Part shown: piece after piece, positions 41,401 through 56,400 of the stretch
How positions within the stretch are numbered: position 1 is the stretch's first letter
Layout of the letters: each line of letters opens with the position of its first letter
Assembly: GCA_002633005.1 (NCBI GenBank)
Contig: NMRA01000107.1
Coordinates: forward strand, 601,169-665,168
From: Phoronis australis
Taxonomy: Eukaryota > Animalia > Phoronida
Length of the DNA: 64,000 nucleotides
Direction of reading: 5' to 3'
Notes under the pieces: generated by a model
Databases searched by the model: none
What the model was told of the DNA's origin: nothing
What the model saw: the letters and a program-made list of their open reading frames with translations, nothing else
Translations under genes and position numbers: made by a program

Positions 41401-44400
41401 AGTGAACAAAATTAACAAAATGAAAGTAACCGTAACTACACTGTGTATACATTATCCAGGTCAAGGTTATATTCCAGTGATGGTAAAGAAACTGAACAAA
41501 CCCCGTGGTTTGTAATGGTATTGACGATGAAGAATGATTAGATAACCTTTAGGCACTTAACATCTGTAAATCTCAAACTATTAAGTATCTAAAATGGCAT
41601 GTGCATATCAATTTACTGTACAACAGTGTGATCAGGTATGAATACCACATCATTAATATTAATATTATTACCTATTATAATCAACACTACTAACATTATA
41701 TTCATTATTATTAACGCCATTATCATTGACATGATTATCATTATTGTTGCTATTGTTGCAGCTGGAGCTTGTGAAATGTAAAATACAAATCTGGCAATAA
41801 AACCTATTGAGGTTAACATTTTTCAAAAACAAAAAAATCATACAAGCAAATCACTGCTAATAACAAAAACTACGAATACCTTATCAATGGCGTCATCTGC
41901 AGCTTTGATGGCATCCTCCGAAGCATTCAATGCTTCTCCAATAGATGTCACTATGGTCTCGTAAGCACCAGCAGCTCTGAGTGCCCCGTCGGCTGCATCC
42001 TGAGTGTCGCGGATCAGGTTTTCCAGCTGATTAGCTCGCTGGCTCAGTTGTTTGGCATGCTCTTTTGCCTGCTCCACCAAAGGCCTGACATCATTGTTGG
42101 AAGTCTGTCGCTCGTTGACCGCCTTAATTAAGGTTTCCATAGCGGCATCGAGACGAGATGTTTCGTACTCCGTTTCCTGAGACAAATTGAGGTGGAAAAT
42201 TGTGAATTTTGTGGTTTAATAATGACTTCTGAAGCAAGAAATCACCAATTTCGGCATGAATCAACAGCTTCACTGAAAGGCCGTAATAACAGAACGTGTT
42301 CTTTTTATTGAAAGTTAATGAAATACACGTAACACAACAATGTAATGAGCGTAAGGTCTTACCTCATAAGCCTTCTTAGCATCCTCCAAGTTTTGTGTAG
42401 CGTTCGACACCAGTCTTTTAGCCATGTCCACCAATGCCTGAACTTGAGCGCCTAGTTTCTTAGCATCATCTATAGTTTGCTGAAAGTTTAAACCAATCTC
42501 ACAACTTACAGAGAAAATTTCCTTTTAGACAACAGGTAAGAAGCATAAAGGCAAATCAGTTTTAAGACTTTAGTGTTAAGGTGATTTGAGGTGGTGAGGG
42601 AGATGAATGCTGATGATTTTGCAAACGGAGACCCCATTAAAAGTCTTCGACTTTTCCCATGAAACTACATGGAAATGAACAGGAAAACTAAAAAGCTGTA
42701 TGAAACAAAAATGAAAAAAATTAGGAAACTGTAACACAGCACTTGCGAGACATCATCTTGAACATTTATATCAAACAAAATTTGGTCACATTATTGATAC
42801 CATTGTATTACAACGAATGTACCTTCTTTTCTTGACAAATTTTACTAATAAGACAATGGTCCCGTGACCCAATCAACAGCTTTCTGCTTTCAGAAAACTT
42901 ACATATTTCTTGAGATAAATTCAAATGTTTTGCAGATAATTGACTGTATGCAGATTTGTTCATAAGGTTCTACAAAACTTTAACCATGAATTAGGCACAT
43001 AGTGTGCTGGTACTAATGAGAGACAATAGGACAGACAACAGTGCCAGGTCACATGGGAGAGGGCTTGAGTTGCCCACTGGCTGTTGAGGGAAACGTTATT
43101 TTACATCAAATGACATTTTCAAGTTGTGTGGGTCCTGAGGGCAGTTAAGAGTTACAAGTCACATGCCTACAGCTGCCCTTGCATTATAAAACCGCTTCAT
43201 ATCATAACTACTAGAAACATTCAAGAGGGTAAATAACAAATAGGGGTGTTGAAGTACAACATGCATAACTCTATCTCTCTCTTACCAATATCGGATGATC
43301 AAGAGTCTTCTCCACCTCAGTCAACGATGAGTTGGACATTTGTATAGATTTCTCAGCGTGCACCTTTATGTCTCTAAGTTTGTCAGCCACATCCGTCACC
43401 TGCTGTTGTATCTCACGTGTTCTGTTCTCGTGATCGTGGGCTTGAGCGCGAAGCTCCTTGACACGGCGTAAAACTGGTTGGAAAAATAACCACGTTCGAA
43501 ACTAGTCAGTTACTTCCCACAAAATGCCATTTTTTGATTCGTCAAAAGTTAATTACAAAGCTACAAATTACGACTGTAGCCAAATATTGCTTCCTGACAA
43601 CTGTGTTCATAAACTACGCTACTAACGAGCTGAAATTAAAATGTTATTTTTGTTGAGAAATTACACACAGAGAAATTCCCTCTCTGTCTATCAGTTAGAG
43701 TCCCTAAAGTGGGGAGCAGTAACAGCAATACTAAGTTAGAAAATGCAACAAAGAACTTAACAGTACTTTGACTGTTCAATAAAGATTTACTTTCAACCTT
43801 CTCATTATATTAGTGTACACTGCACATAAAATCAACAGCATTAATAATAAACATCTACAACATTATACACTGTACATAAAATCAACAGCATTAATAACAA
43901 ACATCTACAACATTATACACTGTACATAAAATCAACAGCATTAATAATGAACATCTACAACATTATACACTGTACATAAAATCAACAGCATTAATAATGA
44001 ACATCTACAACATTATACACTGTACATAAAATCAACAGCATTAATAATGAACATCTACAACATTACAATAATCTTCACAGATCTCTCCACTTCTCCCCAG
44101 AAATTATGAATGCTTTGCAACCCACGTGTTGGCACCTTATGCTCATCTACTGATTAGAAAAACTAAAAACATACGATCGAGGGAGTCCTGCAGTTCCTGT
44201 TTGTTGACACCTTCCTGTCCTGTGAAGTCGCGACGTTCAAGCTCATTGTAGAGTTGCCTAGCCTTCTCAATCAGCACATCTCGGTCCAGTACTTGAGCAC
44301 GGCTCTGTATGTTGTTCAGAATACCTGAGATGAACTGGACTGTCTCTGCAACCAACCATGAAGACAGTCAGACACACAAAACAGGAAACTCATCAACAGG

Positions 44401-47400
44401 GATGTGGACGTAAGCAGCTTGCCACCATGTTTGGTGGGCAAAACAGTCACGGTATATTGGAGATAATAAACATCCAATCATTTTTAAGGAAAATGCAGTA
44501 ACAGATAACCTGAGGCCAGTATTACATGGCTGGTCAAAAGGCAAAATTTGTAGCATGCCATCATCAATTTAATCAACAGCCACAACAGGGTAATAATGAT
44601 AACAATAACAATAATAATTAGTGAATAATCCAAGTGCTATATATAGAGCTCAAAGCAAGTTATAAAATCCACAATACTAATACACATTGTCAAAGGAACG
44701 CAGCGTTATGCCTTTAAATTTTTTTCTTTTATTCACAAAGAGTGTTGACTTTTGCTTGCCCCTTTTCATCTTTTGAAAGGAAGCCATTCCTTAATATTTC
44801 CAACAGTGACAAGCATCAATCTGTCTACAGACCACATTGCAGCATATAGACTGATCTCTTCGCCTTCTTCACAAGGAGCTTTGTGGTAAAACTTTAAAAC
44901 CACATGGACAAGGAAATTCAAATGCTTCCTTTCACAACCAGCAAAGGATGTTAAAATCAGGTGACACTAATTTTTCTTCGTCACAAAGATTGTAAAAAAT
45001 CTCATAGAGGAAAGGGTTGAAGTCATGGAAACTGACAGCAAACTCCTGTGAGTGTTAGAGCTTGTCCATTACACTTGCATAACCAGTGCTTTAGTTACTG
45101 CACAACAAACCACCATCATTGATTCTGCAGTTAACTCACTCTGTCCTACTTCAAGAAGTTGGTTAGGAGCAGCAAAACCTACTATTCAGAGCTTTGCACA
45201 CTCCAGTAAATGCAAAATTGAGTGATGAAGATGTCAACAACAGGCAACAGTCGAATTACATGAAACCTTATTCTAAAATATTTAAACAGTTCACACTGTG
45301 AGTACAATACATACTATTGACCAGCTGACCAGCTGTCTTCAAGTTCCCATCAACTTCAGTCGTCATTTGCTTCACAGTGTCTATCTCTTGGAGCAACACT
45401 TCAGATTCATGTAAAGCTTCTTCAGACTGAAACGAGTGAAGTCATAATCATGTAACTATATAAACCAGTCTGTCCTCAATTCACAGTCTAACACGCATTT
45501 ACTGAGGATCAGACAGCAAAAAGTAGATTCCTCATTATATTCAATTATCAAGAGTTGAAAACTAGAGCCAACTACACCCGAATATAGATAATACGATTTT
45601 GTTTGTCACATTAAATACGAGTGCACAGCTGTAAATGCATCATTGCCACTCCAGTTGTTCTTCTGAGTTTGGTAGAATCCTTATTTCTTAAACAGAATCT
45701 GTACTTTCTGTTGAACTAATTCAAACAGTTATGAATGCACATCTGTCACCAAGTCCATGCTATCAGTATTACTCCGCCTTCACTCTTAGTCAAACTTCAA
45801 GGTTATGTCGGACCCTGGAAAAATGTCAAATTTGGCCAACTGCGGAACATTATATCTCAGAAGTGGCTGAATGGATTCACGTTCAGACATTATGCGTTAT
45901 GCACTGTTTTCCAAAACGTTCTAAGGGGTTGTTTTCAAAATGTCCCACATTTGCACCAGGGACTAACAAAAACAAAACATAGGACTCTTGTGACAAGATT
46001 TTTGAGATTTTAACTTTAACATTATCATACCAAATTTGGTCATGTGATTGGTCCTGTTGTTTTGGTACGAATGTACCTTTCATTTTCTAAATTTTACCAA
46101 AAAATCATGGTCGCACGAGCTACCTAATGGCAGATCGGTATAAAGTCATCAATTTAATAAGTCTATGGAATTTCTCCTCTCAGAAATCTTTTACTGTTGC
46201 CGACTTAAATCCTATAGCTTTGTGTATATTTGGCTAACTTTACAGACTCTACAATATGGTCCTACAAACCTCCAGTTTATGACTCTAGATGTCTGCACAT
46301 GTCTTAATACACCAGTCTACGTTCATACAACAGGCCCATGTCTGTACAATTACCTTTCTTTGCACTTCTCTTGCGTAATTCTGGGTATCTTTCAATTCGT
46401 TGGTGAGAGGTAAAATCTTGATAGGTTGGACAGAGGTAAGAAGACTGTCAACTTGAGGCTGTAGACAAGACAGGTAATGAGCATTATACACTACTTCTAC
46501 TTAAATAAAGTGTACTTAAAAACAGAAATAGCTCTAAATAGGAAATGTTAATCTTCATCAGGGCTCAAGAATAAGAGTGGAAAAAGTAAAATGTGAGTAG
46601 AAAATGATCTCAAACGTATCACTTGTATGGGTGACGAGTGATGGTTTTTCTTTTTTCTTTGGTTACCACAATTTAAGAGACCAAATCCGGAAACAGAAGT
46701 GTAGAAAATTGTCACTTGTATTTTCAAGCAGAAATTTTTGTCTGCGTCGAGCGCCGTGTATATTTGGCAGTGTAAACAAGATCAAGCTAACAGCAAGAAT
46801 AAAAGAATGAATAGCGAATTTGGGTTGAGTGGTAGGATCCACTAGGGTTAGAAGGACACGAGGATAAACATAGACGAGAGAACTACCTCATGGACAATAC
46901 ACAGGCTCCACCTTTTGGAGAATTACTTTCTCAACAGATGGAGTATTATTTTCCCATAAATAACAAATCAGCAGCATAGCACTTTAGTCTTCACATTACA
47001 TAGGTAAGTACTGGTCAACATGGCAAATATCCCTACGGCCTGTTACTGTTAAGTCATTTCCATCCCACAAGTATGTACCTTCAGTGTGAACAAGGTAGTG
47101 TTGATTTTCTGAAGACGATCATAAGTCTCTTTACTAATGGAGACTTCTAGCAGGTTTTCAATAGCGTCAATAATGCCTGGTTGAAGCTTTTCAATGTCGT
47201 CCAACAACAGGTGGATACAGCTGTCACACTCTGTATAATTAATTAATTAAACAATATTATAATGGTTTATCAATAATACAATAACAAGAACTACACCTAT
47301 GTTGACTAAAAAGTGCATTTCAAAAGATCTTTGCTCTCACTCAACCTATAGAATGTTATAATTATATCACTTCAGTCTTGCAATTGGTGATGTGGCAAAT

Positions 47401-50400
47401 TTGAAGTAAGACACATGAAATATAAGTGTATTGTTGCAAATACTGAAAAATGAGAGTAGACATAACATATATCTGATTTCAATATCCGCAATAAGACACG
47501 TGTAACAACTGTTTATAATCTGTGTATGAATAAGACATTAAAATAACACATGCCTTATTTCAACATTTCCAACATTTGATGTGTACTCCACGTGCTATAT
47601 AGCAGATATTAAAACAACTGATGTAAGCCTCAATTTTCTGATTTTAACATCAGCAATAAAGGATCTGCACCACACAGGCCACTATGGGATTTTGGAACAT
47701 TCAGCTAATTGAACATAGTACCCTTCAATTAAAAAAAAAACAAATATAAAGATTAGTGAGAAATAAATTGGAAGATAATGGTCTTGAGTTGGTGTGATTT
47801 CACTGGCGAATTTATCTGGTAATACCAGTGCTTGACAGCATTAACTGTGCGCCTCCTTAGAATCCTGACATACAACTTAAAAGAACTGTCTTGCTTCATT
47901 TTTAAGACTGCAGTCATTTATATCAATGAAAGCATGCATTTACATATAAGACATCACATATAATGGCAGTGTATTTCAGGGCATTGAGACATCAAGTGAG
48001 AACTCATAAGATAATTTCCCAAACATGTCAACGGGCTCAGGGTCTTTATACACAGTTTATCAACAGGCAGTTGTACTTACGGCGACACCCTTGCTCAGGG
48101 ATGAGAACCCATCGATCTTCACACATGTCGCATTTGTCTCCTGTCACCCCCTGCAGACATTGGCATCTTCCAGTCACAGGGTCACAGGTCGTGGCACCCT
48201 CCTCAGCGCAGTCACATTCTGAACAGAACAACAACGACAGAAGAATAAAAACAGAACTGCTCTGCACATACCTAAATAGCAGTCTTGACTTGAGTGCCAA
48301 CTGGAAAATAAACTATTCATCTGAAGTCTCACAGGTACTCATAGTTGTACAGTACTCTAAGTTTTCACAAAAACTGCACCCCATGTGCAAAAATTCTAAC
48401 ATTAAGGTCTCATTGACGGCAACCTAGAAAGAGGTGGGATTTCTTAACAGAAGAACTTCCAATAGGTTAGATATTTCAGATCTCCTGCTATCACTAAAAC
48501 TGGATCGATAATCCTGCTCTGGATTTAAAATATCACACAGGGTTCAAAAACAGAAACATTTAACAGCCAGTCTCTGATGGTTAGTACTTGAATACACAAG
48601 TTTGACTGCATGTGTCACTCGACAAGCTGTACACAACATTGTTTCCAGTCAGCACTAGTTCCTGTCGATTTAACCGAATTGCCGTTGTTTAGGAAGGGAT
48701 TTAATAATACTGCCAAGGTAAGCATTCTAACAAATAGCTTGATATTGATGAACAAGTCAAACAGCAGGAGATACTACCACAAAACCAAAGAGTACAGCCA
48801 CCCTCCACCGGGGGGGGGGGGGGGGGGGGGGNCTTACTCTGACAGCCACCAGGACCATAGTTGAAGTAGCCGTTGAGACATTGGTCACACCTCCTGCCAG
48901 TTGTACCAGGCTGACACTGACACTGACCAGTGGCCAGATCACAGTTGGATGACAGAGCAGCAGAGGCACAGTCACAGTCATAACAACCCTGAGCAGAATT
49001 AAAGCCATACGTGCCAGGCTGAAAATAATAAATAACGTAATGAGTGACAGTAGAATTTAAAGACACTTTCCTTTTAACTAGATTCCCACAACACAAACTA
49101 CAACTTCAATTACTCAAGTCTCCATGCAGTAACAGAAAAATCAAACTTTCTGTCCACAGACAAAAACCATTTAGAGGATCTGTAAATGAATATGCTCAGT
49201 TGTGCCACAGTCAGCCGAGCCTACAAACACTGGACTACATCTGGTCATCACAAATCCCATAACACCTGTTTTAGAAACACTGACCCAACATCTTCTACAC
49301 CACGTCCATCTGGTTTACTATAGCAAAAACAGTTAGCCTATACCACAGTACCAAGTGTGTACTATCATGATGATCACTACCCAACTCGTACACCAACACA
49401 GCCAAAGACAATCTTCCATACAATACACTACGTCAGGTGTGTAACAGTGAACATCTATTGAGCCTGCATTATCTACCCAGACTACACTATAAGTTGAGCG
49501 CGGTGGACAATATCAGATTTACTTACGGCACACTGGTCACACAGGGGGCCGACAACATTACGCTTGCATACACATTGTCCTGTCTGCCGGTTACAGAAAT
49601 CAGAGCCCACCTTGTCACACAGACATTCTGCCAAAAGAAGAAATTTAAGGATAACGGGCAAGATAGAGAGTGAAAAAACAATGATGTCATCAGCGACCAC
49701 AAGGGCGCAGTCTTGATGCACATGAGCCCCTAACTCACCATCAACTTAAACCATGACTCAAAAGTGCTATTCTATAAATGTTGAGGAGACAGTGTGTCCT
49801 AGTGAGATAAGTGTTCACTTCCTCAATTTACTCAAGGTCGTGCGTTTGAGTCCGTCTGGAACACACTGCTAGACTCTTGAGTCAGGTCTCTGCAGCAGCT
49901 ACTCAGCTCGGGTTCTAACTATACATAGACAAAGTATAAAAATGGTTTCAGGTGATCAGTGCAATGGCTGCACCTGAGCGGCCTGCAATTATTTAATTAT
50001 ATTCTACAACTGTGGACCATTTACACCAAACAGAATGCTAAAGCTAACAAGGTCAATTTTTTCATACACAGTTCACATAAGAAATAATGAGACAAAATGA
50101 CCCAGAATTGCCCCATCATAACAGCTGAATGCAAGCGGAGCTCACATTCAGGGTAGCTGGAATGAGCTAAAATCAGGATATTGACCTGCTGTGATGTGCA
50201 AGTCGTATTTTGTCTGATTGATTTTCGTTTGTACTGCATGCGTATAGTAAAATATTTCTCATTCCTTTGCCAAACTTCAAATACCTTCACAATCCTTCCT
50301 GTTGACGGCGTCACCATAGTACCATTCAGCACACCGTTCACAGTTGAAGCCAGCTGTGTTATTGGCACAGTCTACGCACTCTCCAAGGTCACTGCAGGAC

Positions 50401-53400
50401 ACTGCGTTACCATTACACTGGCAAGGCTGACACTTTTCGCCAATTCTCAGAGGATCTCCCCAAAAGCCGACGGAACATTCATCGCAAAAGGCACCACTGT
50501 AGCCCGGCAGACAGTCACATTGGATGACTTGGCCTCCAACTACCGTGCAACCAGAGGCAAAGCTGGAACAGAATTATATGAGAGGTACTTGATCAGCAGC
50601 AGTACAAACAGAAATAAAGCTGGGGCATTAGTGGAACATGAGAGGCACCAGACAAATATCAGTACAACCAGAGGCAAAGGTGAGACAGTCAGGAACAAAG
50701 GAGCACAATGCTGTACAGCGATATCAAATTTAGGTTTACTCAGAGCATCTCAACGTGAACAAAACAACAAAACTATTAATAAATTTATTGCTGATGCTAA
50801 AGCATCATCACATAGTCTTGGCACCAGTGCTGTAGTGGGGTGTAGGCGCATGTAGGCGCAGCCAACCACCTTTTGGCATCTGAACGTAGTGCCTACGCAC
50901 CATAACTTACATTCAGTGCTCAAGGTGATGCGGTGGGCTCTGGGCGAATACTTACCTCTTATTTTACCACGACTACAGCAGTGATCGACACACCTAACAT
51001 TTACAGGGTGTAGTTCATGCGCTGTTTTATAACCCTGTTATTTGCCTATGTCTATACTCACTGATGACCCAGCATTCCCAGCAACAAAACAGACCGTTTT
51101 ACTTGTCAACTGAGTATATAATATATTGACAAAAATATTAACAAACGTTATGCTGTTTTTTAAACCTTGTACTGCTTCATGATTGGACACTGAGTTTAAG
51201 AAATATAACGAATTCAATCTATGTGAAATCCGTTCAACAACTGATTAAGAATGCTTCAAAAGAAACACTCGAAAGAAACTTCACATGCCCAGATATGCTT
51301 TATGTGCTGACATCCATCACTGTCAACCACTTTGCATTATAAATAATATATTACAAACAACAGTGTTGCATTTGGTGACCTGTGGCTTGCCAATATGACT
51401 TCAGACTGTGTTTGGCAATCTGGGAAAATACGAAGTCACCGTGTGAAGTTGCTACGAGCATTAAAGTCAATAGAAAGTAAACAGATGGTAGTCGGCATTG
51501 TTCGTCAAAAATCAGGGGAGGTCGCACCATGCAACATATACCCCTAGATTTTGTAAATAATGCTGACAGTCGCACATTTTTTTCTTGTTTTGGTCGGTGA
51601 TCTCCGACGTCAATTTGGCGACCTCAGATTTCATTTGGCAACCTGGCATTTTCGGGAAGTCCCAGTTGGCATTAAGTGAAGCATCGAGCACTAAATAATA
51701 AAGATGTGGCACTTACTTGTTGCCTGGAGCAGCGATGGGACATTCACAGATGTTGCAGACTCCTGTAGTAGCGTCGCCATAGTAACCAGGTAAACACTCG
51801 TCACATTTGTGACCCTTAGTGCCATCACGACATGCCTGCAAGCAAAAATCAAAATGTAAGAGATGACCAGAAACAAATGTTCAGTTGAAGACGGCCCTGA
51901 CTAAAAAAATGAAATTATTGTTTAGTACAAAATACAAGTGATACAATAACACAAAAGGTCACAAAAGTAAAAAAATTACACACACATAGGTGAAAAGTTT
52001 CACATCACTTACTTAATAAATATATGTGAGATGTAACACATCACTTATATAAATAAGTGAGACATTGTACATCCCTTACTTAACACATGTAAGTGAGGCT
52101 GACATATCACTCCTTAGTACTTAAAAACTTTCCCTTTTTATTTCACTTTTACAGTGTTCACATGTTGGTAAAACAATCTTTAACCAGCTTAACAGACGGA
52201 AGTTTCTCTTTAATAATATCTCTGGTCACATGAAAGATGCTAGACTCTTCACACGCGCCCAGAAAGATACTGCTTAGAAACAACACCACATGTAGCACAA
52301 GCCAAAAGTAATCGGATAAAATATAAATCCGTTTGCACCAAAAACGATTGGCAATAATTATAATACGAAAAAATCCTAATTACAAAATAGCTTTGCCATT
52401 ATACTAAATTTCCTTTTTATTCTTGGTCATGAAGAAAAACTAAATATGACAATGACTTTGACTTCTGCACAGCCACCATGAAGGGGGAACTCCATGTAAT
52501 TTTGTACGTTTTTTTGGCATCTACTGTATTGGCATCTGCTGTATTGGCATCTAGTTGTATTGACATCAACTCTATTGGCATCTACTGAATTTAGGAGCAC
52601 CACCAGAACAGCCAGCTGTTTAACCACTTGTTTAAGTGGCTTCCCAACAGTGTTTTTCATGTGGCTGGCTACAGGAAAGGCTGAGTAGTCCTGTACTGTG
52701 CCAGTAGTTGAATGGTGAATAAGGCTGAGTGAAGTACTTACGATACACTCGCCAGTCTCAGGGTCACATGTGTCAGCATGTCCGTTACATTCACAAGGTG
52801 TACACACACCCAGGTATGGACCAGATTTGAGTCGATAGTAACCATCAGCACACTCCTAGAAATACATAGATACAAACAGAATATAAAAGCTAAACATTGT
52901 ATTTCACATAAGAGCCATCCACACGCAGACTTACACCAGAACAGGTTACTCCTGGAACGAGTTGTCACTTGGTTTGGAGGCTGTGTGGACGCTACTTAAA
53001 CTAGCACAACTTACCCACTTGTGATAGATTACTCCACCTTAAGGTAAGGCAACTTGTTCTAGGGTAACTAATTCTGCTGTGGCCCCAAACTGGGGGCAAG
53101 GCGGAGAAATTATCGGCCGGAATTTATATAAAGACGGGTCTTGTTTTGTGGCCCGTATTCGCATCAGCTGTTCATTGTCATGCACAGTTGCAACAACTTC
53201 AGCCTTACCCTAGTTATTGGATACATGTGTGCGTGGACGCTCCACATAAAAGTAGGATAACTTACACTCGTTCAAGTTGTTCTAAGGTGGGCTTTGTGTG
53301 GACGGGATTAAAGAAAACGAGTCCAGATAAGTTACTCGCTTCTCAGCATCATCAAGATGAATGGAGAACAGATGATTTTCGACAAAATGAGCTTTGACCA

Positions 53401-56400
53401 GGTTACAATGCGTGCAACCCCAAAATCTGAGAATAATTTTAGATAATCTCAACGATTACAGTAAATCTTGAGCTTTTTAGAAATGTTAAAAGGAGTTAGG
53501 TTTTGAAGGCTACCTGGACACAGCAAAAATCAGAAATGACACAATTGCTCTGACGCAACTAAGACTATCAGGCTAAGCATTGAAAAGGGCGCGAACATGA
53601 CGCACCAAGAGAACAGAGGTATTGTGAGTTATGCTCGACTGGAGAAATAGTCAAAATGTCTTTTCCTTCTTCTTAACTTCTCTGTTTATAAAAACCTTAG
53701 AGAGAAATGTTTGACATCCGTTTCGTGAGATTACCTAGATCCGTTATATTTAGATGGTAGGAATGATGAGTACGTAAAAATGTTGGATAGATACTTGTTT
53801 AGCTTTTAAGATAAGACGACAAAGGCTCTAAGTACTTCATGTATATTGAACATGTATGGGCCTGTGGTCGAATGATGCCAGAATAAATCTTTTGCTACAT
53901 CAACAGAATGGCAGCAGGTTGTCATGACTTATCCAATGACACCATCACTAGTGTTCCATGCTATTCAGACAATATTTACACATCTACACTCAACACAAAG
54001 TCTTAGAATGACTTCAGCCACTTTATGCCACAGTGTGACTCTCCACCTGAAACGGGTATTACCCTCACTCACCTCACCCACCTCAACCAGGTATTACCCT
54101 CTCACCTCACCCACCTCAAACAGGTATTACCCTCACTCACCTCGCAGGAAGACCCTTTGTAGTTACGTGGACACAGACACTGCTCAACATTAAGGGCTAC
54201 GTCACCGGCACCATTAAGACTAGCTGCATCCAGGATGACATCACTGATTCTGTGGGGCAAACACGTCATCGGTTACTAAACATGAAGCAACATCAAATGC
54301 CTTATTTCCTTTATGAATATCAGAAATACGCCACCATCTATGTTATCTCGCACATCTCGAATTAATTCAACAATGTTTCTAATTTCTTGACATTGCTTTC
54401 TTGGCATTAACGTACAGCAAAAAAGCTCAATAAAAGTTTATAGACCAAAAAGAGTCAAGAGTACCAAGGAATGATCCAACACATTATGTAAATGAATAAG
54501 TATTAACCTAAACATTTGAAATGTCTTGTTCATCTTTTTTCGCAACCTTTGTAATGTTTAATCAGTAAGAGGACAGTCAGTGTTAGGTGACCACAAGGGT
54601 TTATAACACATTTTAAACAAACTTTGTACATCAATTTTGAAACTTAATAAGCCAATGTTTCTAGAGTATCTCTCACTTAATCAGAGAGGCTTTATACCTG
54701 ACTTGAGCAAACAGATCGTGGTAGGAGGCCCTGATGTGAATAAACTCGAGGTCCACTAGAGTCATCATGAACTGTTCGCGACTCACACTAGCCCCAGTAG
54801 TGTCGTGAACAAACTGGCTCTGAAACATGTAGACCACACACTTACAGCAAAGGTCAATATCAAATTGAAGAAGGACACAGCTAGGCATATTACAATCAAT
54901 GTGATCAACACCAACAGTGTTCAAAGAAGAACATAAGGAGGCCTACAGGGGAAAAGTGTGTGTGCCTTCTGAGATGGGAATTTTTTGGATGAGAGGAACA
55001 TTCTACCCCCAGTCAGCATCAATAGCACCCCACCCCTTTCGCTAGCCTCGAGTATCCAACAACATAACATTTTATGCTGTTACAAATAAGTCAACCCTTG
55101 AGGGGAATTTCCAGGCCTCATGAGGAGAATTTCACGTGATTTGTTAATATTTTTCAGAGGAAAATGGGGCCGAATGTAGAGGGATTGAGGGCCCTGATCT
55201 ATTTCATGAGACACCACACAGTGCCCCCTCTGTAGAAAGAATGCTCTGAATGACATACCTGTGGTCAAAGCAGAGCACTAGAACTTGAGCCCTGCTGTAC
55301 CTCTTGATTGTTGTCAAAAACCCAAGCATTAACACTTGGGCAAGGAATCATAGGGTTAGTTCTCAGAAGCCAGCCCTCAGAGAGCACACACCTACATTGG
55401 GTACAGAGCATGTGGGGCTGAACAAGGGCACTAATCCCTGCTCTAACCAGTGAACAAGTGTCTTAAGCCACAACATCACCTAAATCTTAGTAACAAAATT
55501 ATCTTCCATAAACTTTGTGAACTCTCAAAAACAGAATTAGTTTAAAAATGCCTTACAAGGACTGCTAAAGAGCAAGTGTGACTTGTACTTTGGGCATGTT
55601 ACTAGACGGCGGTGGGGAAAGACGGCCAGTTTTTAATCCAAGCGGTCATTTCGTGGTACAATGAGGACTCGTTAAATCCTATAATAATGACTTTATCTCT
55701 CATGGCAGGTACTAATTCTGTAACAGCAGGTGAACAGATCATCATAAAAGGGTTTAGCACCCTTTGGAGCAATAGTGTTTGAAATATAAACTCATTCTTT
55801 CCACCACCCATTCTAGAATAAGAACAAGTCAAGTACCACCTATGACAAGCTACCCTCTGGATGGATTGTGACAAGATGAAGAGCAGTGATACAACACACT
55901 ACATATGCACTCTGCATCAGTCAGTGTTGGGACATCACTTACCTCAATAAGATCAACTTGATTAGTGAATGGCTGTGAAGGGTTGGGCTGGACAGTACCT
56001 TGGTGAACAAGAGTGAAGTTGTTGCCCTGGAAACGACAGATGAAATAAGAATAAAGTATGAAGAGTTCACTTTCCACGTGTTTATTAAGGTCCAAAGTAG
56101 TACATACAAATGGAGAATTGTGAGCACTCTTACACATGTACAGCAGACAACATACTGGCAGGAATAGAACAATCAACCTAAATGTTATAATATAACAGTG
56201 AGCCTCATGTTGTTAGAAAAGTTTCACCAAACTGTATTTCTGAGCGGCTACTTTTTGAATAGATTTTAACTAATGTGTAACGTGAAGGGCCAAATATGAC
56301 CACAAAGCTACGGCTCATTGAAAAGCTAAATACTCGTCGCATTACAAGTATTGTACCTAAGTGACAATATGTTGGTGTAAATGTATTTATACATTTATAC

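Noticed and set aside
48809-48832. Poly-proline stretch in ORF translations and G-run (also 7059-7087)
   Set aside because: Non-coding homopolymers containing an N, so length is unreliable; the 48809 run lies just past the donor at 48838.
50181-50855. 224-aa plus-strand ORF (also 47963-48427)
   Set aside because: Antisense shadow of laminin LE exons with no recognisable domain.
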